64,000 bases of DNA from Candidatus Hydrogenedentota bacterium. GTDB taxonomy: Bacteria; Hydrogenedentota; Hydrogenedentia; Hydrogenedentales; SLHB01. The notes under the pieces are model-generated. The model did not search any database. It saw only the letters and a program-made list of their open reading frames with translations, and had not been told where the DNA came from. A program made the position numbers and the translations under genes. The stretch's first letter is position 1, and each line of letters starts with the position of its first letter. Shown here piece after piece: positions 29,502 through 39,806 of the stretch. Location of the stretch: the NCBI GenBank assembly GCA_963745075.1, contig CAVUWV010000012.1, positions 1 through 64,000 of the forward strand. Direction: 5' to 3'.

Positions 29502-30800
29502 ATGACCACGTCCGCGATCATAGCTTGCGTAATCTTTGCCGTGACGTACGTATGCATCCTGACGGAGAAGGTACATAAGACCGTGGCCGCTGTCGCGGGC
29601 GGAATGGCGATGATCGTTCTCGGGGTGGTCAGTGAGGAAGCGGCGTTCGAGTCCGTGGACCTGAGCGTCATCCTGTTGTTAACCGGGATGATGATCCTCA
29701 CGCACTACCTCGCGGAGAGCGGATTCTTCGGGTATGTGGCGATTCGCATGGTCCAGATCTCGCAGGGCCGGCCGATTCCTCTGGTGATTCTTCTCAGCAC
29801 GCTCACGGCCGTGCTGTCCGCCCTCGTGGATAACGTCACGACCGTTTTGCTGATTTCTCCCGTGACCTTCCTCGTGTGCAAGCAGCTCAGCATCCGACCC
29901 ATGCCGTACCTCATCGTGCAGATTCTGGCCTGCAACGAAGGGGGAATGGCGACGCTGATAGGGGATCCTCCCAATATTCTGATCGGGTCCGAGGCCCACT
30001 TGACGTTCAACGAGTTTTTGCTTCACCTGACGCCGGTTACCTTGATCTGCCACGTGGTCTTGATGGCCGTTGCGATCGTTCTGATACGACGAGATCGCTT
30101 CGTTCCACTGGACGTGCGGGCCCGGGTGCGGGAAATGGACGCCGCCCGGGCAATTCACGATCGCAAGCTGATGTGCAAGGCCGGGGCGGTTCTCATCCTG
30201 GTGTTGTTAGGATTCTTGCTGCATGGCGTTCTTCACATTCCACCGGCTACGGTGGCATTGGGCGGCGCGGCACTGATCATGATACTGGCGCACAGTGAGC
30301 CGGACGACGCCTTCAAGGTTGTCGAGTGGACCACGCTCTTTTTCTTCATCGGATTGTTCATCCTTGTTGCGGGGCTGGTGGAGGTCGGCGTCATCCAACA
30401 GATGGCGGAATTCGCGCTCCGCCTGACCGGCGGGGACCTCTTTGTGACGTCGCTCGTGTTGTTGTGGCTCTCCGCGCTGGCGACGATGCTGGTCGGCGCG
30501 GTCCCGATTACGGCGACGCTGATCCCGATGGTGCACGATATGATTCCCCAGATTGCCGAAACGGCAGACGTGCGCCACCAGCTCGTCACGTATGCGTTGT
30601 GGTGGTCGCTGGCCCTGGGCGTCTGTCTTGGGAGCAATGGAACCATTCTCGGCGGGGCCGCCAACATCGTTGTGGTTGATATCGCGCGCAAGAACGGGTT
30701 GGACATCTCGTTCGGGCGGTACATGCTTTATGGAGTGCCGTACACCATCGTGACGCTCGTCATTGGCAGCGCGTACGTGGTGGTCCGTTACGTGATTTAG
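29502..30800 (+). CDS. ArsB/NhaD/CitMHS (IT superfamily) transporter
   Basis: SALVDNVTTV, GGMATLIGDPPN, EWTTLFFFIGLF, LGSNGT, ANIVV; many TM segments. Confidence 0.88.
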   Translation: MTTSAIIACVIFAVTYVCILTEKVHKTVAAVAGGMAMIVLGVVSEEAAFESVDLSVILLLTGMMILTHYLAESGFFGYVAIRMVQISQGRPIPLVILLSTLTAVLSALVDNVTTVLLISPVTFLVCKQLSIRPMPYLIVQILACNEGGMATLIGDPPNILIGSEAHLTFNEFLLHLTPVTLICHVVLMAVAIVLIRRDRFVPLDVRARVREMDAARAIHDRKLMCKAGAVLILVLLGFLLHGVLHIPPATVALGGAALIMILAHSEPDDAFKVVEWTTLFFFIGLFILVAGLVEVGVIQQMAEFALRLTGGDLFVTSLVLLWLSALATMLVGAVPITATLIPMVHDMIPQIAETADVRHQLVTYALWWSLALGVCLGSNGTILGGAANIVVVDIARKNGLDISFGRYMLYGVPYTIVTLVIGSAYVVVRYVI

Positions 30801-30833
30801 CCCAAATAGTGTATTCTGCCCCGAATTTTCCCC

Positions 30834-31880
30834 ATGAACTCAGAATTGCGGAGGGTAATGCTCGTGCGTGTTCTTGTCCTTGGCGGTACCGGACTCATCA
30901 GTACAGCTATTGTTGAGCGGCTTATTCAATGCGGTCACGACCCGGTGCTTTTCAACCGGTCCAAGACGCCGTCCCGTCTCGGGACCGAAGTCGAGCGCAT
31001 CACAGGTGATCGGCAGGATTTTGCGGCGTTCCAACGACAACTGGAGGATGTGGACTTCGACGCAGCGATCGACATGATCACCTTTGACCCGCGCACGGCG
31101 GCGCACGCGGTCGAGGTTTTTCAGGATCGTGTGCAACAATACGTATTTTGCAGCACCGTCTGCGTGTATGGCGGGCCGTTGGTGTCCATTCCCGCGGACG
31201 AGCATGAACCGTTGCGCCCGGTCAGCGAATACGGCCGGGGGAAGCGCGATGCGGAACAGGTCTTCATGACGGCGTGGCAGCAGTCGAGTTTTCCGGTGAC
31301 AATCTTCCGTCCCTCGCACTGTTACGGCCCCGGTGCGCCGTTGCTCGACATCTGGGGATACAACGCGGCGCTGGCCACGCGGATTCGAGAGGGACATGCC
31401 ATACTGGTTCCAGGGGATGGCACTGGATTGTGGCAACCGGGCTACGTCGACGATATGGCTAAGGGATTCGTCGGTGCGTTGGGTAAGGACCGGACCTTGG
31501 GCAAGGCGTACAATATCGTTGGCGATGAGATCATGGATTGGGGGACGTTTCACACGCGAATGGCGCGAGCGATCGGGTGCGAAGCCAATGTGGTTTCGAT
31601 GACCACCGACCAGTTGCTTGCCGGTGCGCCGTCGGACAAGAGCGATATGTTGGCCGAGATTTTCCAGTATCACGCGGCGTATACGAACGATGCGCTCAAG
31701 CTGGATGTGCCGGAGTTCTGCGACTTGGTATCGTGGGAGGAAGGCGTGCGCCGCACCGTTGCGTGGATGGACGAATCGGACGTGCACGAACCTGCCGATA
31801 GTGTTCCGTGGATCGACACGCTCGCAGACGCAGCGGTTTCTTTCGAGGCGCAATTAGCTCGCTCGCGTAATGCAGAATGA
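30834..31880 (+). CDS. NAD-dependent epimerase/dehydratase family protein
   Basis: VLVLGGTGLIS, STVCVYG, YGRGK, FRPSHCYGPG. True start may be at about 30858-30864. Confidence 0.85.
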   Translation: MNSELRRVMLVRVLVLGGTGLISTAIVERLIQCGHDPVLFNRSKTPSRLGTEVERITGDRQDFAAFQRQLEDVDFDAAIDMITFDPRTAAHAVEVFQDRVQQYVFCSTVCVYGGPLVSIPADEHEPLRPVSEYGRGKRDAEQVFMTAWQQSSFPVTIFRPSHCYGPGAPLLDIWGYNAALATRIREGHAILVPGDGTGLWQPGYVDDMAKGFVGALGKDRTLGKAYNIVGDEIMDWGTFHTRMARAIGCEANVVSMTTDQLLAGAPSDKSDMLAEIFQYHAAYTNDALKLDVPEFCDLVSWEEGVRRTVAWMDESDVHEPADSVPWIDTLADAAVSFEAQLARSRNAE

Positions 31881-32117
31881 CACGTTGCGTGGCCGCGGAA
31901 CCAAGATGGTTACTTGCGGAATCGCCTGTCGTCTCTAAGATTCTTGCCTTCAGTGGCTTCGACGTGTTGCCGAATTTCGCTTGTTCCCGTATACTGGGGT
32001 TCGCAACTGCAAGGCGGTAATTCCGGGTGTTGTTTGCCGCGACTGTGTGACGGGCGAACTCTGTGTCCCGGTACCGATCGATGATAAACCGTATTGGTCT
32101 TGGGGAGATTGTCTGCC

Positions 32118-33491
32118 ATGTATCGCATCGACGCCAATAAATCGGTCCATTTCTGCGACGGCATGAGCCGGCGGGATTTTCTCCACGCGGGCGCCCTGGC
32201 CACCCTCGGGCTGACGCTGCCGGGGTTTCTGGGTCTCAAATCGGCCGGTGCAGTTTCGCCGGATAAAGACATCAACTGCATCTTTCTGTTTCTCGTCGGC
32301 GGACCCAGCCAGCTTGATACGTTCGACATGAAACCGGACGCCCCGGCCGAGATCCGCGGTCCGTACAAGCCGATTCCAACCAACAATCCGGACATTCAGA
32401 TCTCCGAGATCTTCCCGAAGCTGGCAAGCCATGCCGACAAGTTTTCGATCGTCCGGACGCTCTATCACAAGGCCGCGGGGGTTCATGACACCGGCCATCA
32501 GATGATGCAGACGGGACGGCTGTTTCAGAACGGTATGGAGTTTCCGCACGCGGGCTGTGTATACGGGTATCTACGGGGCGGACAGAACGACATGCCGCCG
32601 CACGTGCTGATGCCGCGACCCATCGGGCCGACGGGGGGCAACATGCCGCACGGGCAGACGGCGGGGTTTCTGGGCAAGTCGCACGATCCCTTCATTCTGA
32701 ATGCCGACCCGGATAAACCGGACTTCAAGGTCCCCGACCTGTTGCCGCCGGACTACATTTCGTCGATGCGCATCGATCGGCGTCGCAAGTTGCGCGACAT
32801 CGTGGACCAGTCCGTGGCACAACTTGAGGCAAACCCCGACGCGCGGCTGCTGGACGAGAATTTTCAGCAAGCCTACACGCTCATGTCGTCCGAGGCGGCG
32901 CGGGAGGCGTTCGAGTTGAACCAAGAGCCGGAGGTGTTGCGCCAGGCGTACGGGATGAACAAGTTCGGTCAAAGTTGTCTGCTGGCGCGGAGACTCATCG
33001 AGCGCGGCGTGCGCTTTTGCACGGTCAACATGTTTGAGACTGTATTTAACGAAATTACGTGGGACATTCATGGCTCGGCGCCGTTCAGTCCTATCGAATG
33101 CTACAGCGACCTGGTGGGGCCCATGCTCGATTTCGGGCTCAGCTCGTTGCTGGAAGATCTCAAGCAACGGGGCATGCTGGACACCACCATGATTGTGGCT
33201 ATGGGCGAGTTCGGACGGACGCCAAAGATCAACCCGGCAGGTGGACGCGATCACTGGCCGCAAGTCTGGTCCATACTCATGGCCGGCGGCGGGATCCAGG
33301 GCGGTCGAATCGTCGGGAAGACGGACGACATTGGGGCGTTTCCCGTGGAAAGACCGACGACGCCCGCAGAGGTGGTGGCGACCGTGTATCACTGCCTGGG
33401 CATCGATTTGGAAACGGAACTTCCCGGACCGGGCAAACGGCCGATTCCGGTCGTGGACTACGGTACGAAACCGATTTTGGAATTGGTGTGA
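32118..33491 (+). CDS. DUF1501 domain protein
   Basis: SRRDFL Tat-like motif, GGPSQLDTFDMKP, LLARRLIERGVRF, WDIH, GEFGRTP, GRDHW. Confidence 0.92.
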   Translation: MYRIDANKSVHFCDGMSRRDFLHAGALATLGLTLPGFLGLKSAGAVSPDKDINCIFLFLVGGPSQLDTFDMKPDAPAEIRGPYKPIPTNNPDIQISEIFPKLASHADKFSIVRTLYHKAAGVHDTGHQMMQTGRLFQNGMEFPHAGCVYGYLRGGQNDMPPHVLMPRPIGPTGGNMPHGQTAGFLGKSHDPFILNADPDKPDFKVPDLLPPDYISSMRIDRRRKLRDIVDQSVAQLEANPDARLLDENFQQAYTLMSSEAAREAFELNQEPEVLRQAYGMNKFGQSCLLARRLIERGVRFCTVNMFETVFNEITWDIHGSAPFSPIECYSDLVGPMLDFGLSSLLEDLKQRGMLDTTMIVAMGEFGRTPKINPAGGRDHWPQVWSILMAGGGIQGGRIVGKTDDIGAFPVERPTTPAEVVATVYHCLGIDLETELPGPGKRPIPVVDYGTKPILELV

Positions 33492-33493
33492 CG

Positions 33494-35953
33494 ATGCGCG
33501 TGGGCCGATATTTGTTTGGGTTGTGTGGTGTCATTTGCATCGCGGCGGCAACGGCCGCGAACGCGGCCGATGACTTGGCAATTCTCCCCGGAGAGGTTGC
33601 GCTCACATACAACGGCGCCGTTCACTCGCTGATCGTCGAGCGTAAGGTGGGGGACGACTGGCGCGGCGACCTCACGGGTAGCGCGACGTTCACTTCCTCC
33701 AATCCCGAAGTCGTTACGGTCGACCCGGCGGGAATCGTTCATGCCGCGAGCAATGGCGAGTCGATCATCACGGCTAAAGTAAATGACCGCGAAGTCACAG
33801 CCCACGTGACCGTGACCGGCGCCGACACGCCTTACGTGCAAAGTTTTCGCAACCACGTGCAACCCTTGCTGTTCAAAATGGGGTGTAACACGGGGGCTTG
33901 TCATGGTGCGGCTGCCGGAAAGAACGGGTTCAAGTTGTCGCTACGGGGGTTTGACAGCGATTGGGACCACAAGGTTCTGACACGACAGGCCAACGGACGC
34001 CGCCTGTCCCCGGGAGATCCTGCGCAGAGCCTCATTCTCTTGAAACCCACGATGCAAATACCGCACGCGGGGGGAGAGCGTTTTCCGAAGGATTCCGAGG
34101 CGTATCGAATACTGCTGGACTGGATCGAAGCGGGCGCTCCGACCGCAGGCAAGGACGATCCGGTGGTTACCGGAATCGTGATTCTACCCCAGTCCGTTAC
34201 CCTTCCAAATGAGGCCCATCAGCAGCTTTTGGTCCGCGCCCGGTACAGCGACGGCAGCTATGAGGATGTGACCCGCTGGGTCAAATTCAGTACGACGGAC
34301 GACTCGGTTGCCGCGGTTGATGACCAAGGCAAAGTTGCCATTACGGGTTCGGGCGCGGCGTCGATCACGGTTTACTACGCAAGCAAGGTTTCATCTGCGC
34401 GCATCATCGTGCCGCGTGCCAAAAAGGTAGATGCGGTCATCTATGCGAAGGCGGATCGGCGGAATTACATCGACGATCTTGTGCTCCAGCAATTGGAGCG
34501 ACTGCAGATTACACCCGCGGCCGAAACGAGCGACACGAATTTCATTCGTCGCGCCACGCTGGACGCGATTGGTATGTTGCCCACCCCGGAGGAGGTCTCC
34601 ATGTTCGTGCTCGACCCGGATCCCAACAAACGGGACCGGCTCGTCGATCGGCTGTTGAACCGGCCGGAGTTCGTGGATTATTGGTCGTACAAGTGGTCCG
34701 ACCTCCTCCTGCTTTCTTCCAAAAATCTGCCTCGGCGGGAAGAGCTGAACGCGTTTTACCGGTACATCCGCAAGAACGTAGAGGCCAACACCCCGTGGGA
34801 TGAATTCGTACGCGATATCGTGACGGCCCAGGGCAGCACGCTCGAAAACGGCGCAGCCAATTATTTCGTCATGCACAAGGAAACCGTCGATCTCGCGGAA
34901 ACAACGTCGCAAACGTTCCTCGGATTCTCTGTTACCTGCGCGCGGTGTCACAATCACCCTCTCGAGAAATGGACCCAGGACGACTACTACGGAATGGCGA
35001 ACCTGTTCTCGCGGGTGAAATTCAAGAACGGGCGGCGGGGCAACGACACGGAAGTTATCAATGCGTCTTTTGGCGACATCATCCATCCTCGTTTGGGGAA
35101 GGCCGTCGCGCCGCGGCCCCTCGATGGTGAGGCCATCCCGAAGGACGGGTCCGTCGATCGGCGGGAATACCTGGCCGAGTGGATCACGTCTCCTGACAAC
35201 CCCTATTTCACCAAGGCCATCGTCAACCGCGTCTGGGCAAATTTCATGGGGCGGGGGCTGGTGGAGCCAATCGACGACCTGCGCTTGACGAATCCACCGT
35301 CCAATCCGGATCTGCTCGATGCGTTGGCGAGCGATCTTGTCGACCACGAGTACAACCTCAAAGAACTGATGCGGACAATCATGGAATCGGCGGCGTACCG
35401 CCGTTCTTCGCAGCCGGCGGACCCGGAGGCGCCCGACAACAAACACTACTCGCAGTACATCGTGCGGCGGCTGAGCGCGGAGGTAATCCTGGACGCCTAT
35501 TCGCAGGTGACCGGCGTGCCCACGAAGTTTGACGGGTATCCCGAAGGATTCCGGGCGCTGCAATTGCCGGATTCACAGGTGGGTTCCTATTTCCTGACGG
35601 CGTTCGGACGCCCCGAGCGCAAACGGGCGTGTTCGTGCGAGCGAACCGCCGATTCGAGTGTCGCGCAGACGTTGCACGTGGCGAATGGCGACACCTTGAA
35701 CGGAAAGCTTCGCGACGACCGATCGATTGTGGCGAAACTGGCCGGCGAACAGGCAGACGATGAAAAGTCGTTGGATACCCTGTATATGCTTGCGCTTTCC
35801 CGCATGCCGCGACCCGAGGAGCGCGATGGAGCCTTGGCGGTTCTGGACTCGGTTCCCAAAGACGGACCAGATTGTGCGGTCCAACGCCGGGCCGTCCTCG
35901 AAGATCTCAGTTGGGCATTGCTCTCGGGCAAGGAATTCTTGTTCACACACTAA
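33494..35953 (+). CDS. DUF1549/DUF1553 protein with Ig-like (Big_2) domains
   Basis: Signal peptide; SSNPEVVTVD Ig repeats; GCNTGACHG; CARCHNHP; VNRVWANFMGRGLVEP; RRLSAEVILD; EFLFTH end. Confidence 0.9.
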   Translation: MRVGRYLFGLCGVICIAAATAANAADDLAILPGEVALTYNGAVHSLIVERKVGDDWRGDLTGSATFTSSNPEVVTVDPAGIVHAASNGESIITAKVNDREVTAHVTVTGADTPYVQSFRNHVQPLLFKMGCNTGACHGAAAGKNGFKLSLRGFDSDWDHKVLTRQANGRRLSPGDPAQSLILLKPTMQIPHAGGERFPKDSEAYRILLDWIEAGAPTAGKDDPVVTGIVILPQSVTLPNEAHQQLLVRARYSDGSYEDVTRWVKFSTTDDSVAAVDDQGKVAITGSGAASITVYYASKVSSARIIVPRAKKVDAVIYAKADRRNYIDDLVLQQLERLQITPAAETSDTNFIRRATLDAIGMLPTPEEVSMFVLDPDPNKRDRLVDRLLNRPEFVDYWSYKWSDLLLLSSKNLPRREELNAFYRYIRKNVEANTPWDEFVRDIVTAQGSTLENGAANYFVMHKETVDLAETTSQTFLGFSVTCARCHNHPLEKWTQDDYYGMANLFSRVKFKNGRRGNDTEVINASFGDIIHPRLGKAVAPRPLDGEAIPKDGSVDRREYLAEWITSPDNPYFTKAIVNRVWANFMGRGLVEPIDDLRLTNPPSNPDLLDALASDLVDHEYNLKELMRTIMESAAYRRSSQPADPEAPDNKHYSQYIVRRLSAEVILDAYSQVTGVPTKFDGYPEGFRALQLPDSQVGSYFLTAFGRPERKRACSCERTADSSVAQTLHVANGDTLNGKLRDDRSIVAKLAGEQADDEKSLDTLYMLALSRMPRPEERDGALAVLDSVPKDGPDCAVQRRAVLEDLSWALLSGKEFLFTH

Positions 35954-35995
35954 GGGCCGGCAAGGGACCGGCCGGTTTGGAAAAGGGGTTAACGG

Positions 35996-38900
35996 ATGTT
36001 GTCAGTCTTGTCCACCTTCCGTTTCGCTGCGGCTGGTAGCGTCGCGGCGGCTACATTCGTGCTTAGCGCACCCGCGCATGCGGAGCCGGTCGATTTCACT
36101 CGGGATGTGCACCCCATCTTCCAGAAGAGTTGTTCGGGGTGTCATTTTCCAGAAGCGGAGTCGCTGAAGGCGAAGCTCGACTTGTCGAAGGCGGAAACGG
36201 TGCTGGCCGGCGGAAAGAGCGGACCGGCCGTCGTCGCCGGTAAGGCGGACGAAAGTCTGTTGATCCGGCTTGTGGCGTACGCGGAGGAACCCCATATGCC
36301 GCCTGAAGGCAAGGGTGCACCGCTGACGCCGGATGCCATCGCCATTATTAAGCAGTGGATCAACGAGGGTGCGGTCGTGTCTACCCTGCCGGCCGCCGAA
36401 ACACCACCACCGGCCGCTGCGTCGGAAGCTCCGGCCCTGGCGGCTGCACCCATTTCGTCCCTGGCCTGGTCGCCGAAAGGAACCGAGCCGTTGCTGGCAA
36501 GTGGTTCGCTGCGCCACGTCGAAGTGTTCGCTCAGGATTCGGCGACGGGCACCCTGACACCGAAGTTTACCCTGGGAGGTCATGCCGAGATGGTCCGGGC
36601 CCTGGCCTTTTCGCCGGATGGTACGCTGCTCGCTGCGGCGGGCGGCAATCCTGGCAGGAACGGGGAAGTCAAGATTTGGAGTGTAGCCGACCATCGTTTA
36701 GTGCGCACCCTTGAAGGTCACAAGGACAACATTCTCGGGGTTGCGTTCAGTCCGGAAGGGCAGCGTCTGGCAACGTGCAGCTACGACAAGACGATTATTG
36801 TATGGAACGTGGAGACCGGCGAGGCGCTCCAGACGCTCAGCAACCATGTGGACGCAGTCTATTGCGTGGCGTGGAGCCCGGACGGTTCGACGATTGCCTC
36901 CGGCGCCGGCGACCGCACGGTAAAGATTTGGGATGCCGAGAGCGGAGCCCTGCGTGCCACGATATCCGATTCCCTCGACAGCGTTTTGACTCTGACATTT
37001 TCTCCGGACGGCAGCCAATTGGCAGGCGCAGGCGCCGACAAGATGATTCGGATTTGGGACATGCGAAAGTCCGACGGCCCGGTTCAACAGTCGGCCACCA
37101 CATCCGGCACCCTCTTGCGGTCGGCCTTTGCGCATGAAGGGGCAGTGTTGCACGTGGCCTATTCGCCAGATGGCGGCACGCTGTATTCAACGTCCGAAGA
37201 TTTGCGTATCAAAGCGTGGGATCCCGCAACGCTGGAAGAAAAGCTGGTGTTCGAACCGCAATCCGACTGGGTCACCGCGCTCGCGGTCAGTCCCGACGGG
37301 GCCTATTTGGCGGCGGGGCGTTACGACGCCACGAGTGACGTGTACGTCGCGGAGACCGGAAGGCCGGTGGGTGGTGACACCGCACCCGAGAAGCAGGACG
37401 TCGCCCAGGCAAAGGCTCCATCGGAGCAGGTCGAAGCGAAACCCAAGAAGGTTACGAGTCTTAGCGTCGAAGCCGTGATCATCGAAGCGACTGTCCCGCC
37501 GTCCATTTCGTCGATTACCCCCGTTCGTTGGCAACGGGGTTCCGAAGTCGAAGTAACGGTCAACGGCAAGAACCTTGACCAAGCAGAACCGATCGTCACA
37601 AATGGGAGAATCGCCGTCGAGGTATTGGAACGGGAAGCGCTTCCGGTGCCGGACCTGAAACTGGGGGAGGGGCCGCGCGGCACGGGAGCGGATATTATCG
37701 ACAACGCACAACCGTACCGGCTGAGGTTGAAGTTCGCCATCGCAGAGGATGCCCCGGTCGGACGGCATGAGTTGATGTTTCGCACACCCATCGGCATGTC
37801 CAACGCGACCCCCTTCGACGTGCTTGCGGCGGCGGATGTTGGAGAAGCCGAACCGGATGCCACCGATGCGGAACCTCAGGCGGTCGAATGGCCCACGGTC
37901 ATTGTTGGACAAATCGGCAAGCCGGGGGACGTGGATCGGTATCGGATCAATGCCAAAGCCGGTCAGGAGATCGTGTGCGCCGTGACCGATACCAGTCTCG
38001 ATACGAAAATGCGATTGCTGGATGCCGCCGGGAACGAGCTTGCGGCAAGTCGTGATTTCGGCAGCCTTACAAACGACCGGCTCGGATACCGGGTTGCGTC
38101 CGACGGGGAGTACATCATCGAATTGACTGATGCCGATCTACGGGGCGGTCTTGGCTATCGGCTGCATATTGGACTGTTCCCCATGGTGACGGAGGTGTGG
38201 CCCTTGGGCGTGCGTGCGGGCGAGCCTCAGTCGGTTCAAGTGGCCGGCTTCAATCTGGGAACGAATTCTATCGAAGTCGATCCCCCCGATGAGGTTCGGT
38301 ACGACGACACGATGCCACTGCCGGTTCCGTGGATGGAAGGCAGTCCGATTGGCGCACCCGCGCTGGCGGTGGGGTCCTACGACGAGGCTGTGGAGACTGA
38401 GCCAAACAACGATGCGGCGACGGCACAGCCGGTTCCGTTCCCCGAAACCGTCAATGGGCGCATCGCGTCAGACACGGACCAGCAAGATCTCGACGTGTAT
38501 CGCTTTCCGGCCAAGAAAGGCCAAAAGATCATCCTGGAGACGAATGCAGCGAATCTTGGATCGCCGCTGGATTCCGTTATCGAGGTGCTCGACTCGTCGG
38601 GCAATCTTCTCGAACAGGGGGTGGTGCGTTGCGTTGCCGAAACCTTCATGACCTTGTCCCCACGCGACTCGCGCTCGGCGGGCCTGCGACTTGCCGTATG
38701 GCGGGACCTGCGGCTGAACGACGAAGTCATGGTGGGCGGGGAAATTCTCCGCGTGAAGAAAATCCCCGATTACGCGGACGAGGACGTCGTATTCCGGTCG
38801 TACCCGAACGGACAGCGCGTCGCCTATTACGCAACCACACCCGAGCATCACGCGGTCTATTCGAAGGTCTACAAAGTGGAAGTGCATCCTCCCGGAACGA

Positions 38901-39790
38901 CGTTTCCCCCGAACGGCATGCCCGTATTTCCCCTTTATTGGCGGAATGACGACGGATTCTCGCCGAACGGCGACACAGGCGGAGACTCCCGGCTGGAGTT
39001 TGTGGCGCCGGAAGATGGGGAGTATCTCGTGCGCGTGAGCGATGCCGCCGGCGCCGAAGGCGATGCGTACGCGTACCGGTTGACCCTGCGTTCGCCGGAA
39101 CCGGATTTCGACGTGACGGCGGGACCATACCGCGTGAACATTGCGCAAAATGGCCGGGTTCCCATCGACGTACGTGTCCTGAGGCGGGACGGATTTGACG
39201 GTCCGGTGCGCGTTCAGTTCGAGGACTTGCCGCCGGGATTGACGATTGCGCATGCGGTCGTGAATGCGGGCGAAGACTTGGTGACGCTTGCCCTGAATGC
39301 GGGGCCGGAAGCAACGTCTACACCCTTCGATTCCCGATTCCGGTTGACCGCGCAGGCGGACATCGGCGGGGAGACGGTCGCGCGCGAGAGCGCCATCGGA
39401 CCGATCACGGTCAGCACGGTTCAGCCGGATCTGGTCGTGAATACGGATCGCCAGCAGTTGGCACTTGTTCCCGGCAAGGCGTCGACACTCTCCGTCAAAT
39501 TGGACCGCAACAACGGATTCACCAGCCGCGTTCCGATCAATGTGTTGAATCTTCCCTTTGGTGTTTACGTCATGAATACCGGATTGAATGGAATTCTCGT
39601 GCGGGAAGGGGAGTACGAGCGGACCATGGATATCTACGCCGAACCGTGGGTGACCGGCATCGACCAAACGATTTACGTGCAGGCGCAGATCGAAACGCAG
39701 TCACCCCTCAAGCCGGTGTTTCTTGGCGCCCCGATCGAACTGACGCTATCCGAACGTCTGGCGAAGAATAGCAACGATTCCGCACAGTAG
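35996..39790 (+). CDS. Planctomycete-type cytochrome c + WD40 propeller + PPC/Ig-like domains
   Basis: Signal peptide; DFTRDVHPIFQKSCSGCH...MPP...WINEGA; several GH..FSPDG..IW WD40 repeats; ETEPNND, DVDRY, LDSVIEVLD PPC-like units. Confidence 0.88.
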   Translation: MLSVLSTFRFAAAGSVAAATFVLSAPAHAEPVDFTRDVHPIFQKSCSGCHFPEAESLKAKLDLSKAETVLAGGKSGPAVVAGKADESLLIRLVAYAEEPHMPPEGKGAPLTPDAIAIIKQWINEGAVVSTLPAAETPPPAAASEAPALAAAPISSLAWSPKGTEPLLASGSLRHVEVFAQDSATGTLTPKFTLGGHAEMVRALAFSPDGTLLAAAGGNPGRNGEVKIWSVADHRLVRTLEGHKDNILGVAFSPEGQRLATCSYDKTIIVWNVETGEALQTLSNHVDAVYCVAWSPDGSTIASGAGDRTVKIWDAESGALRATISDSLDSVLTLTFSPDGSQLAGAGADKMIRIWDMRKSDGPVQQSATTSGTLLRSAFAHEGAVLHVAYSPDGGTLYSTSEDLRIKAWDPATLEEKLVFEPQSDWVTALAVSPDGAYLAAGRYDATSDVYVAETGRPVGGDTAPEKQDVAQAKAPSEQVEAKPKKVTSLSVEAVIIEATVPPSISSITPVRWQRGSEVEVTVNGKNLDQAEPIVTNGRIAVEVLEREALPVPDLKLGEGPRGTGADIIDNAQPYRLRLKFAIAEDAPVGRHELMFRTPIGMSNATPFDVLAAADVGEAEPDATDAEPQAVEWPTVIVGQIGKPGDVDRYRINAKAGQEIVCAVTDTSLDTKMRLLDAAGNELAASRDFGSLTNDRLGYRVASDGEYIIELTDADLRGGLGYRLHIGLFPMVTEVWPLGVRAGEPQSVQVAGFNLGTNSIEVDPPDEVRYDDTMPLPVPWMEGSPIGAPALAVGSYDEAVETEPNNDAATAQPVPFPETVNGRIASDTDQQDLDVYRFPAKKGQKIILETNAANLGSPLDSVIEVLDSSGNLLEQGVVRCVAETFMTLSPRDSRSAGLRLAVWRDLRLNDEVMVGGEILRVKKIPDYADEDVVFRSYPNGQRVAYYATTPEHHAVYSKVYKVEVHPPGTTFPPNGMPVFPLYWRNDDGFSPNGDTGGDSRLEFVAPEDGEYLVRVSDAAGAEGDAYAYRLTLRSPEPDFDVTAGPYRVNIAQNGRVPIDVRVLRRDGFDGPVRVQFEDLPPGLTIAHAVVNAGEDLVTLALNAGPEATSTPFDSRFRLTAQADIGGETVARESAIGPITVSTVQPDLVVNTDRQQLALVPGKASTLSVKLDRNNGFTSRVPINVLNLPFGVYVMNTGLNGILVREGEYERTMDIYAEPWVTGIDQTIYVQAQIETQSPLKPVFLGAPIELTLSERLAKNSNDSAQ

Positions 39791-39806
39791 GCCCGTTATT
39801 GCCGAC

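Noticed and set aside
33059..33493. 145-aa N-terminal extension of the DUF1549/1553 ORF
   Set aside because: Overlaps the DUF1501 gene; a signal peptide starts at ATG 33494
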